The notes under the pieces were generated by a model. It saw only the letters and a program-made list of their open reading frames with translations, was not told where the DNA came from and made no database searches. The position numbers and the translations under genes are program-made. A stretch of 64,000 nt of DNA from Candidatus Babelota bacterium (GTDB taxonomy: Bacteria; Babelota; Babeliae; Babelales; Vermiphilaceae): positions 2,499-66,498 of the forward strand of contig JABDES010000001.1 in NCBI GenBank assembly GCA_013286935.1, in the 5' to 3' direction. Position 1 is the first letter of the stretch, and each line of letters begins with the position of its first letter. Below are positions 56,268 through 64,000 of the stretch, in pieces.

Positions 56268-57575
56268 ATGCCAATTTTAGTATCCATTATTACTGTTTTT
56301 GAAGAGCTCTATAAGCCCTTTTTGCAAACAAGTCTTCTCGGGCGTGCTTGCCAGGCAAAATTAATTGACGTATTTGTTGAAAATTTATTTTCACATGCCC
56401 AGCCAAAGAAACGCATAGATGCCCCTGCTTATGGTCCTGGGGCTGGAATGCTTATTCGTCCTGACATAGTTCAAAGGGCCATCGAGAAGCGAGAACAAGA
56501 GTCTGGCAAGGCCTTTAAAATATTTTTCTCTCCACAGGGTCAAAAGATTGATCAGCGCCTTTTAGAGCGATTGGCTGAAAAAATCAGAAGTATTGGGCAT
56601 GTAATGCTGATTGCGCCCAGATACGAAGGAGTTGACGCGCGGGCCGAGGAGGTATACGCCGATAGCGTATTGTCGATTGGTGATTTTGTGTTAATGGGCG
56701 GAGATTTACCAGCGCTACTGTTTTTAGAGGCGTTTTTGAGGCTCATCCCAGGAGTGGTTGGTTGTAAGGAGTCTGTTGAACGCGACTCATTTTCCGGTCC
56801 ATTTGTTGACTACCCCTCATTTACTGAGCCGCTTGTGTGGCTCGGCAGACAAGTGCCGGACATACTTCGTTCTGGCAACCATGATCTTATTGAAAAATGG
56901 CGATTAGACCAAGCAGCTAAAAAGACGGTTTTGCAGCATTTTGCTTGGTTGCGCGTCACGCGAACGAATGACTATCAACAAGAAAGCGCATGGAAGCATA
57001 TACCGCCTCACTATGTTGTGCTATTGCATTCTGATGTTTTGGTTGGTCCTGATTTGGTTGAAGGTACAACCTCTGTTACCTCTTTGGATATTCACGACAT
57101 AGCGCGGTCGGCTACGACGTATGGATTTAAGAAATTTTTTATCGTTACGCCCCTGTTAGACCAACAAAAAATTGTTAATAAATTACTTGATTTTTGGCAA
57201 AATGAGGAAGGTAAGGACTACAATCCGAATCGTTATCAGGCGCTTGAACGTGTGCTTTTGCTTAGCTCTCTTGATGAAGTGGTTGCGTATATACACAAAA
57301 TGGAAAACGAGTTTGCGCTTTTGATTGGTACGTCTGCGGATCGAAAAGAGCATACCAACGCAATAACGTTCTTTGATCAAGAAAAAGTATGGGCTGCTAA
57401 GCGGCCTGTGTTATTTTTGCTCGGCACAGGCAATGGGTTGAGCGGGTCCGTTATTCAGAAAACGGACTTTTTTTTAGAGCCGATTTACGGATTTATGAAG
57501 TTTAATCATTTGTCAGTGCGTTCTGCAGCAGCAATATTATTTGATCGTTGGCTGGGGCTCAGTCCGCGGTCATGA
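56268..57575 (+). CDS. trmD: tRNA (guanine37-N1)-methyltransferase TrmD fused to a C-terminal second SPOUT-like RNA methyltransferase domain
   Basis: ATG 56268 gives MPILVSIITVFEE. TrmD motifs GPGAGMLIRPD, PRYEGVDAR, SIGDFVLMGGDLPAL, RSGNH. An extra ~200 aa follows (VVLLHSDVL...TSLDIHDIARSATTYGF...LLGTGNGLS...FNHLSVRSAAAILFDRWLG). Confidence 0.85.
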   Translation: MPILVSIITVFEELYKPFLQTSLLGRACQAKLIDVFVENLFSHAQPKKRIDAPAYGPGAGMLIRPDIVQRAIEKREQESGKAFKIFFSPQGQKIDQRLLERLAEKIRSIGHVMLIAPRYEGVDARAEEVYADSVLSIGDFVLMGGDLPALLFLEAFLRLIPGVVGCKESVERDSFSGPFVDYPSFTEPLVWLGRQVPDILRSGNHDLIEKWRLDQAAKKTVLQHFAWLRVTRTNDYQQESAWKHIPPHYVVLLHSDVLVGPDLVEGTTSVTSLDIHDIARSATTYGFKKFFIVTPLLDQQKIVNKLLDFWQNEEGKDYNPNRYQALERVLLLSSLDEVVAYIHKMENEFALLIGTSADRKEHTNAITFFDQEKVWAAKRPVLFLLGTGNGLSGSVIQKTDFFLEPIYGFMKFNHLSVRSAAAILFDRWLGLSPRS

Positions 57576-57658
57576 CAGATAGTGGACAAATGAATGACAA
57601 TAGGCCAAAATAAGAATAACGTTTCGTACGATTTATGGTTTTTACATCAGGAAGGCTC

Positions 57659-58066
57659 ATGAAGGCGCAAAAATATACTAAAGAGACAATTCGCACCATC
57701 GGTACTGAAGATCGAGGGTTCCCTGAATTTTTTGTTGGAGATACTATTTCAGTGTCTCAACGAATACGGGAGGCAGATAAGGAGCGTATCCAGCTCTTTG
57801 AGGGTGATGTAATTGCAATGAAGCGCCGTGGTGTCGCATCGACATTTACGGTTAGAAAGATCGGGGCGCATGGAATTGCGGTTGAAAGAATTTTTCCATA
57901 CTATTCTCCACTGGTAAAGGAAGTTGCAGTCGTCAGATCTGGCGATGTGCGTCGTGCCAAGCTGTATTACATTCGAGATCGTGTTGGCAAATCTGCTCGC
58001 TTGAAGGAGCGAGTAAAAAGAAAGATTGACGTGAAGAGTCAGCCCTCAGCTGCTCTGACAGAATAG
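57659..58066 (+). CDS. rplS: 50S ribosomal protein L19
   Basis: ATG 57659 after AGGAAGG. Motifs GDTISVSQRIREADKERIQLFEGDVIA, FTVRKIGAHGIAVERIFP, VRRAKLYYIRDRVGK. Confidence 0.92.
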   Translation: MKAQKYTKETIRTIGTEDRGFPEFFVGDTISVSQRIREADKERIQLFEGDVIAMKRRGVASTFTVRKIGAHGIAVERIFPYYSPLVKEVAVVRSGDVRRAKLYYIRDRVGKSARLKERVKRKIDVKSQPSAALTE

Positions 58067-58094
58067 GTCGACTCATCTTACGTATGTCTATGTA

Positions 58095-58134
58095 CGAGGT
58101 GCTTCATTTTTTATGTAAAAAATGAAGCACCTCG
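58095..58134. terminator. Bidirectional rho-independent terminator between convergent rplS and 58167-58586
   Basis: Perfect 18-bp arms CGAGGTGCTTCATTTTTT / AAAAAATGAAGCACCTCG with a 4-nt loop ATGT. A/T runs on both sides. Confidence 0.8.
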
Positions 58135-58166
58135 CCGCGTTTGGGGTAATGCTTTTGCCCGCGCGC

Positions 58167-58586
58167 TCAATCTCTTAATTTTTTACGCATTCCTGTTCGT
58201 CCAGAGGTGCGTCTATAGTGTACTTGATCAACAGCTGGTTCCTCCTCCTGCTCATATATCACATTAGGGTCCGTTTCTGGTTCATATTCTGCCGTTGAAT
58301 AGTGATAATGATGAATAACTTTTACAGGACGCTTGTCATAATAATACCTTCGTCGTCTTCGACGCTCATTTTCCGCGCTGCTTCCAACCAATAGGCCCGT
58401 GCCAACCCCGACAGCTGCTCCTATGCCGGCCCCTCTTCCGCCTCCGATAATACCTCCAACGCCTGCACCTAATATGCCAAGGCCAAGCGCCCCCGTAGCG
58501 GTTTCATTATCGGCTTTAAGATCAATGCTGGTATGTCCGCTTATAATTATTGATATCAAAAGTGACAAAATATATTTTTTTTGCAT
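58167..58586 (-). CDS. Exported glycine-zipper protein
   Basis: Leader MQKKYILSLLISIIISG. Glycine zipper GLGILGAGVGGIIGGGRGAGIGAAVGVGTGLLVG, followed by an RRRRRYYY basic/aromatic tract. Confidence 0.7.
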   Translation of the reverse strand: MQKKYILSLLISIIISGHTSIDLKADNETATGALGLGILGAGVGGIIGGGRGAGIGAAVGVGTGLLVGSSAENERRRRRRYYYDKRPVKVIHHYHYSTAEYEPETDPNVIYEQEEEPAVDQVHYRRTSGRTGMRKKLRD

Positions 58587-58901
58587 TATGTTCTCCTTGT
58601 TTTGAGCACGGTATGAATAATCAGCCTGCTATGCATTGTTACATGTTGTTTAGCTTCTTAGATCGCATTTTTTAATTTTGGGCCCCCTTAAGGGGATTGT
58701 TGATATAAGTGTAATAATTTTCCTATTGAAATTTCAATAGTTATTTAAAATTGGTTTTTTACTCCTTTTATACGCTGCTATTAGGAAAACTGTAATGTCT
58801 AGATTGAGCAGCGCACTATTGAAATAGATAAAAGCAGTTTTTTTTGCTATCTTTAATACATTCTTTATATATGTAACACTTATTTTTCCTGAGTTTTTAT
58901 T

Positions 58902-60584
58902 ATGAACTTACCCATTCCGTTTGTTGTTTTTACAACTGCTCTTATAGTCTTTTGTATGCTTGCTGACTTGTTTTTGCAACATGTTGCAAGACTTGCAAAT
59001 CCGGTCTACCGTATGTTGTTGATATTTGGAGCCTTTTTTATTATTCAACATATTTTTTATCCGCCCAAGCCTTTAGCGGTTGAGGATTTAGCATCAACGG
59101 TAGCCGTTGAACAGGTTTCGGTTTGTAAAAATGTTGATTATGCATCAACGTACATCTCTGGCAACAACTGTTCAAATGCCGCTCAAAACAATATCGAGGT
59201 TAATACGCATTGGGGAAAGGTAGCTTTTTCCGGGTGGGATGCGACAATCTCGTCGCTAGAGTTTAGCCGTGTTGGTCAACGCCAGCTAGATCGACCGTTG
59301 TTTACTACGACATCAAAACTTCCTGATATAGTGCCGATGTTTCTTGTTGGGGCTGGCAGTCAGATTATTACCAAGTATGAGTGCGAGGGTGTTACAGAAG
59401 CACCGGAGGCATTTACCGTTACGTATAAAGCAGATTTTGAAAAAAATAGCACCATACGTAAAACATTTATAGTTGATAAAAATCTACATCGCATTGATCT
59501 ACAGATACAGATTAAGTCTGAGCATGACAAAGATTGTGCGCTGCCTATCCATATTTTTTTTCCGGCACCAACGCTCTATGCTCCACATGGTGAGTCTGGT
59601 GATACGGCTGAGTTTAGCTCTGCTGTTAAAGAACAATTGTCTGCCGTCGTAATATCAGAAGACAATAGGTTTGAACAAACACTCCGTGATCCTTTGGTTA
59701 GCACGAAGCAAATATGGAAACATCCAGCTTTGTTTGGTATGGATACACGTTATATTGTGTACGCGATGCTCAAGGATAAAAATAACTTTGTACAAAATGC
59801 TTCTTTTTTGTTTAACAACATAAGCGGTATGACCGCTGTTTTGGAAGGATCGATGTCAACAAAACAGGCATCTTGGAGCTTTTCTTTCTATGTGGGACCA
59901 AAAGAGACAAAAGCGCTTAACCAGGTAGATGTTCGACTTGATAAAACGCTCAACAACTACTGGTGGCCATTTGGGCCGTTTATGCGGTTTTTGTTGAGTG
60001 TGGTTAATATGCTATTTTCTATATTGGGCAGTTATGGATGGGCCATTGTTGTTTTAACTCTTTTATTCAATCTGTTGTTGCTGCCTCTTACGGTTGATAA
60101 TAGTGTAGCAGTCAAAAAGCAAGAAGAGCAGGCAAAAAAAATGGCATACATCAAGCAAAAATACAAAAATGACCCGGAGGTATTAAAAAGAGAGCAGGCG
60201 TCGCTGATGATGGACTCTTTTTCTGGTGGCGCTATTGGAAAAGGGATAGGAACTATTTTACAAACAGGCATATTTCTTACATGTAATCGTTTATTTGCAA
60301 ACGCGGTTGAAATGCACGGTTCTTCATGGTTATGGATTTCTGACCTGTCTGCATCAGATCCGTACTATGTATTACCTATTGCAGTCATCATCCTTGGCCT
60401 CGCACGTGTGATTTTGCTTTCCGATCGCAAGCAGTCAAGCAGCGTTATCGTAACCGGATTAGTCTTCGGATTGGTTTTTGGGGTAGTTATGGTTTACTTT
60501 TCTGCAGGAACCGTTCTGTATGTTGCCACCAATACATTGGCGGCTTTGCTGCTTACCCCAGTTATCAAAATGTTAAAAAAATAA
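58902..60584 (+). CDS. yidC: Membrane protein insertase YidC
   Basis: N-terminal TM, a large periplasmic domain, then SYGWAIVVLTLLFNLLLLPLT and further TM segments. Gram-negative-type architecture. Confidence 0.9.
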   Translation: MNLPIPFVVFTTALIVFCMLADLFLQHVARLANPVYRMLLIFGAFFIIQHIFYPPKPLAVEDLASTVAVEQVSVCKNVDYASTYISGNNCSNAAQNNIEVNTHWGKVAFSGWDATISSLEFSRVGQRQLDRPLFTTTSKLPDIVPMFLVGAGSQIITKYECEGVTEAPEAFTVTYKADFEKNSTIRKTFIVDKNLHRIDLQIQIKSEHDKDCALPIHIFFPAPTLYAPHGESGDTAEFSSAVKEQLSAVVISEDNRFEQTLRDPLVSTKQIWKHPALFGMDTRYIVYAMLKDKNNFVQNASFLFNNISGMTAVLEGSMSTKQASWSFSFYVGPKETKALNQVDVRLDKTLNNYWWPFGPFMRFLLSVVNMLFSILGSYGWAIVVLTLLFNLLLLPLTVDNSVAVKKQEEQAKKMAYIKQKYKNDPEVLKREQASLMMDSFSGGAIGKGIGTILQTGIFLTCNRLFANAVEMHGSSWLWISDLSASDPYYVLPIAVIILGLARVILLSDRKQSSSVIVTGLVFGLVFGVVMVYFSAGTVLYVATNTLAALLLTPVIKMLKK

Positions 60585-60636
60585 GAGCATTCAGATATTA
60601 AAACTATTAAGCGTTGCAAGCTGTAAAGGGGTAAGT

Positions 60637-61932
60637 ATGTCTTTGAGTCAGTTGGACATGTCATCATCATTGGTATTGCGCAAAGAACAGCTTTGCAAAC
60701 GTATTAACGAACAACTAGGCTGCAAAGCCACGGGTGCTCTTCTGTTATTTGGTGGATTGGATTTTGGGCATAAGGCTTTTGTACAGGAAAGCAGCTTCTA
60801 TTATGTAACAGGCTTGAGCGACCCGGGACTTGTTTGGCTGCATGAGATAGAAAGTAAATCCACTATATACATGCCCGAATATAGGTATGATAAATCAGCA
60901 TGGTCACCTATGAAAGTGTCACTCAATACAGCGCCCGACCAGGTGTATGTTGACCATATCAAGCCTCTAGGGGCAGCGCTCAGAACGAATGAGCTTACAT
61001 TGCTTTTTGACAAAGAAGAGGTTGCGTCACTACTTATAGCAATAGAGCGCTTATTGCGCGACCGCAAAACATTATTTGTTTTAAACCCTCATGGTGGAAG
61101 TGAATATATAGAACAGCGCATATTTTTGAATAGACTTATTCAGTTTATGCCCGATATTGCAGATGCATTAGTGGATATATCTCCGTTGATTGCTGACTTG
61201 CGACGTACTAAAGAGTCCTTGGAGATAGACTCGATTTTTCATGCTGTTCAGCTAGGTATAGCCGCCCAGCGATTAGCGGCAGACTCGATTGCAGACAATG
61301 AGCCCGAAAGTCTTGTGCAAGCGTCTGCTGAATGGGTGATGACTGCCGCTGGTGCGCAGCCTTCATTTACAAGCATAGTAGCTGGTGGGAAAAATGCGAC
61401 TGTTTTGCATTACGCGAACAATAACGGATTCTTGAAAAATGGACAGATGGTTGTTGTTGATATAGGCGCGCGATTAGAGGGTTACTGCTCTGATTTGACT
61501 AGATCATATCCGGTGTCAGGAAAGTTTAATAAGCGCCAAAAAGAACTCTATTCGATAGTGTTGGAGGTACAAAGACACATAGAAGAGGTTGCAAAACCAG
61601 GTTTTTGGTTATCTAACAAGGAGTATCCGGAAAAATCGCTCCACCACATTGCACAAACGGTTTTCGCGCGTTATGGTTTGGATGCATATTTTATCCACAA
61701 CATAGGTCATTTTTTAGGGCTTGACGTTCATGATGTGGGCGATGTATCTCAGCCTCTCAGGCCGGGGGATGTTATAACAATTGAGCCCGGGCTTTATATC
61801 CCAGACGAGGAGATTGGTATACGCATAGAGGATGACTATTGGATGGCAGGTCGTGGCCTTGTTTGTTTGAGCGATGATCTTGAAAAGGATATAGAGGCTA
61901 TTGAAGATTTAATGCGTAAAAAAAATGGTTAG
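60637..61932 (+). CDS. Xaa-Pro aminopeptidase (M24B family)
   Basis: Metal-ligand motifs VVDIGARLEGYCSDLTR, HNIGHFLGLDVHD, TIEPGLYIP, IRIEDD. Confidence 0.88.
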   Translation: MSLSQLDMSSSLVLRKEQLCKRINEQLGCKATGALLLFGGLDFGHKAFVQESSFYYVTGLSDPGLVWLHEIESKSTIYMPEYRYDKSAWSPMKVSLNTAPDQVYVDHIKPLGAALRTNELTLLFDKEEVASLLIAIERLLRDRKTLFVLNPHGGSEYIEQRIFLNRLIQFMPDIADALVDISPLIADLRRTKESLEIDSIFHAVQLGIAAQRLAADSIADNEPESLVQASAEWVMTAAGAQPSFTSIVAGGKNATVLHYANNNGFLKNGQMVVVDIGARLEGYCSDLTRSYPVSGKFNKRQKELYSIVLEVQRHIEEVAKPGFWLSNKEYPEKSLHHIAQTVFARYGLDAYFIHNIGHFLGLDVHDVGDVSQPLRPGDVITIEPGLYIPDEEIGIRIEDDYWMAGRGLVCLSDDLEKDIEAIEDLMRKKNG

Positions 61933-62065
61933 GGAAGTTGCTTGATCAATTTGACTGATTGTGTTTTTTAGATTACCCTTTCTGAAAACTGTTATATTAA
62001 AAAAAAACTTAATTTTCACTTAAATAGTAGGAATGTTTGTGGATAGTAATAGATTTCATGCAGAT

Positions 62066-62494
62066 ATGAATAAAACGTATTTTTTGCGCAAAGAAGATAG
62101 AGAGCCACGATGGTTTGTCATAGATGCAGCTGGTCAAGTACTTGGTAGATTGGCCACGCATGTAGCAAATATGTTGCGCGGCAAAGATAAGCCAAATTAC
62201 ACTCCTCATACCGATGGTGGTGATTATGTAGTGGTTATCAATGTTAATAAAATAGTTTTGACCGGTAATAAATGGAATGCCAAAATGTATCAACGGTATA
62301 CCGGTTATATTGCAGGACTCAGAGAAATTTCAGCAAAAGATCTTTTGAAAAAACGTCCAACGGATCTTATCAAAATTGCGGTTAAAGGAATGCTGCCTAA
62401 AAACAAATTGAGCGATCAGGTTATAAAAAAGCTTAAAGTATACGCAACAGCTGATCATCCACATCAAGCTCATAATATTCAATCGACAGTATAA
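62066..62494 (+). CDS. rplM: 50S ribosomal protein L13
   Basis: ATG 62066 gives MNKTYFLRKEDREPRWFVIDAAGQVLGRLA. Motifs RGKDKPNYTPHTDGGDYVVVIN, GMLPKN. Confidence 0.93.
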   Translation: MNKTYFLRKEDREPRWFVIDAAGQVLGRLATHVANMLRGKDKPNYTPHTDGGDYVVVINVNKIVLTGNKWNAKMYQRYTGYIAGLREISAKDLLKKRPTDLIKIAVKGMLPKNKLSDQVIKKLKVYATADHPHQAHNIQSTV

Positions 62495-62531
62495 TTATAT
62501 TTCATCACTTAAGATTATATTAAAAAACTAC

Positions 62532-62927
62532 ATGAATCATAATCGCAATCATCCATTAACGCTTGTTGTTCTTCCAGAGAAATTAGCGGTCTGCAGGCTT
62601 GATGCAGATTCTCAAATTCCTGATTGGGCGATAAAATCAGCCTTTTTTTCAATTACAAAGACTTTGGATGAGCTTTCCATTGTTTTAATTGACAATGATG
62701 TGCCAGCAGAGATTAAGGCTGAGAAATATTGGCGCTCGCTAAAGGTGCAAGGGCCACTTGATTTTGCTTTGACCGGCGTATTGGTTTCGTTGATTGCGCC
62801 GTTAGCGGAAGCACGCATTAGTATTTTTGCTCTTTCAACGTTTGACACTGATTATATTTTGGTTAAGGAAGAGCGGTTAGAAGAATCAATTAAAATATTG
62901 AGCCAATTTTGTACGGTGATCTGTTGA
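62532..62927 (+). CDS. ACT-domain protein (small, stand-alone)
   Basis: The pattern LAVCRL...WA...FFSITKTLDELSIV...W..LKVQGPLDFALTGVL..L...LAEA.ISIFALSTFDTDYILVK matches stand-alone ACT_7-type proteins as I recall them. Confidence 0.6.
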   Translation: MNHNRNHPLTLVVLPEKLAVCRLDADSQIPDWAIKSAFFSITKTLDELSIVLIDNDVPAEIKAEKYWRSLKVQGPLDFALTGVLVSLIAPLAEARISIFALSTFDTDYILVKEERLEESIKILSQFCTVIC

Positions 62928-63067
62928 ATACAGGCATTAAGTATTGGGCATACAGCAGAAATGGGCATTGCATTCGGCATTGCATCTGCCATCGCATATG
63001 TGCCTTTATCAAAACCTACGTTTTATTCAGACTCAACCAGTTGCTAATAGCAACCTTGTAATTTTTC

Positions 63068-63097
63068 TTGACAAGGTGTGAATATTTTTGCTACAGT
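63068..63097 (+). promoter_or_regulatory. Candidate sigma70-type promoter (TTGACA - 18 nt - TACAGT)
   Basis: TTGACA at 63068-63073 and TACAGT at 63092-63097, about 80 bp upstream of the ATG at 63175. Pattern match only. Confidence 0.3.
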
Positions 63098-63174
63098 TTA
63101 TTTAACTGAAAATATGCCCCATGGTACATGAGATTGTCAAATAGGGATTATAAATCTTAGCAAGAGGTCAAGCT

Positions 63175-64000
63175 ATGAACTTTTCTATCTATCTATCTAT
63201 CTATTTAGCCCTAGTGCCGTGTGTCATCTTGCCCAAGGCGCATGTTGGTAGTTTGCTCAATGTTGGTCGAACGCTTGTGCATGTGCTATATGATGAGCAA
63301 AGTGAGGCTGAAAATCGCCCTTTGGAGATGTCCTTTAACGGTGTAAAAGCAGCAAATACTACTACTCCACTTGCCGACAGTAAGTTTTGGCCTGCTAAAG
63401 GCGATGTAGTTGCTATTAACAAATCTGAAGACGTAGTTATAGCCGAAATTACACGTTCCGTAGGGCTTAAAAATGGCATTGCTTACCACATGCAGGAGGT
63501 TATACAGTTACCAGGAGTTGGGCCGGTTAGTTTGATACAACAGATAACCGGGACAAAGTTAGGTAGTAGCATGAAAATTGGCATCTCTGCCCCAGAATTA
63601 TCAATTGAAACTCAGCTGTTTGACGACAGCGATTGGCATACTGTCACTCTTGACCATAAAGATCAAGATGGGATTGTCCTTGGGCAATGGACAATAGATT
63701 TCTGTCGATATTACTTTGGGTCATTTTTTTCTAGAAATCTGAAACATAAGAATAGTCCGTTGTGGGAAAGATTAGGAAAAATAAGAAGAACGATATGGAA
63801 TATGCAGTTATTAAGCATGGTTGCAGGAGCTATCGATACTAGTTTCAAGCTTCCCACGCCTCAAAGTAAAGCTACAGCCATAGAAAGCGAGGCCAAGTTA
63901 TTTGAAAATATCGAGACCCATATTAAAAAGGCATATACCACCCTGGGGCTTGATCCAGAAGAGGCAATTAATGTAGAAACTGCAAAAAAAACGTATTATA
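63175..64000 (+). CDS. Hypothetical protein with hydrophobic N-terminus and probable J-domain beginning at the window edge (partial)
   Basis: Absent from the ORF track because it runs off the window. Manual translation from ATG 63175 is stop-free to 64000. N-terminus MNFSIYLSIYLALVPCVILP. The last residues KKAYTTLGLDPEEAINVETAKKTYY resemble the start of helix I/II of a DnaJ J-domain. Confidence 0.6.
   Translation, partial: MNFSIYLSIYLALVPCVILPKAHVGSLLNVGRTLVHVLYDEQSEAENRPLEMSFNGVKAANTTTPLADSKFWPAKGDVVAINKSEDVVIAEITRSVGLKNGIAYHMQEVIQLPGVGPVSLIQQITGTKLGSSMKIGISAPELSIETQLFDDSDWHTVTLDHKDQDGIVLGQWTIDFCRYYFGSFFSRNLKHKNSPLWERLGKIRRTIWNMQLLSMVAGAIDTSFKLPTPQSKATAIESEAKLFENIETHIKKAYTTLGLDPEEAINVETAKKTYY
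63184..63203 (+). repeat. (TCTA)5 tetranucleotide microsatellite within codons 4-10 of the 63175 CDS
   Basis: Read directly: TCTATCTATCTATCTATCTA. Confidence 0.9.

Noticed and set aside
63201-63489. Minus-strand ORFs of 92 and 67 aa
   Set aside because: They are antisense to the longer stop-free + frame starting at 63175, which extends to the window end and finishes in a J-domain-like motif.

Overview
AT-rich, almost fully coding bacterial window. The housekeeping backbone is Gram-negative in type: gyrB, tilS, tadA, a DksA-like gene, tRNA-Thr, rpsI, glmS, ctpA, sodA, hflX, ffh-rpsP-KH-trmD-rplS, yidC, an M24 aminopeptidase and rplM. Between these sit accessory blocks rich in exported and eukaryote-like proteins: ankyrin, TPR, papain-like Cys peptidase signatures, Nudix and a J-domain. 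This mix suggests a host-associated or intracellular bacterium (Dependentiae-, Chlamydiae- or Legionellales-like); the taxon cannot be fixed from sequence alone. The main feature is a ~20 kb same-strand array of 11 genes (17554-37426). They encode signal-peptide-bearing, Cys-punctuated, Q/S/T/N/L/I-rich helical proteins with a sustained 11-residue (hendecad) periodicity. An LC[SA]K motif recurs at exactly 33 residues in several members. I do not recognise the family. About 2.4 kb downstream lie four tandem TPR + GT9-like glycosyltransferase paralogs (39828-46865). After hflX come three tandem paralogs (48144-51887) with conserved QPNG[T][DE]C and HW...LDSL motifs. These motifs resemble Ulp1/SENP catalytic motifs but occur in Cys-before-His order. 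Other notable items: a translationally coupled operon of four small signal-peptide/C-terminal-TM proteins next to gyrB, a TrmD fused to a second SPOUT-like domain with rimM absent, a signal-peptide-bearing Nudix protein, and a truncated AAA-ATPase-like gene. No rRNA, CRISPR, transposase or integrase was seen. All functional calls come from reading motifs by eye; no database search was run.
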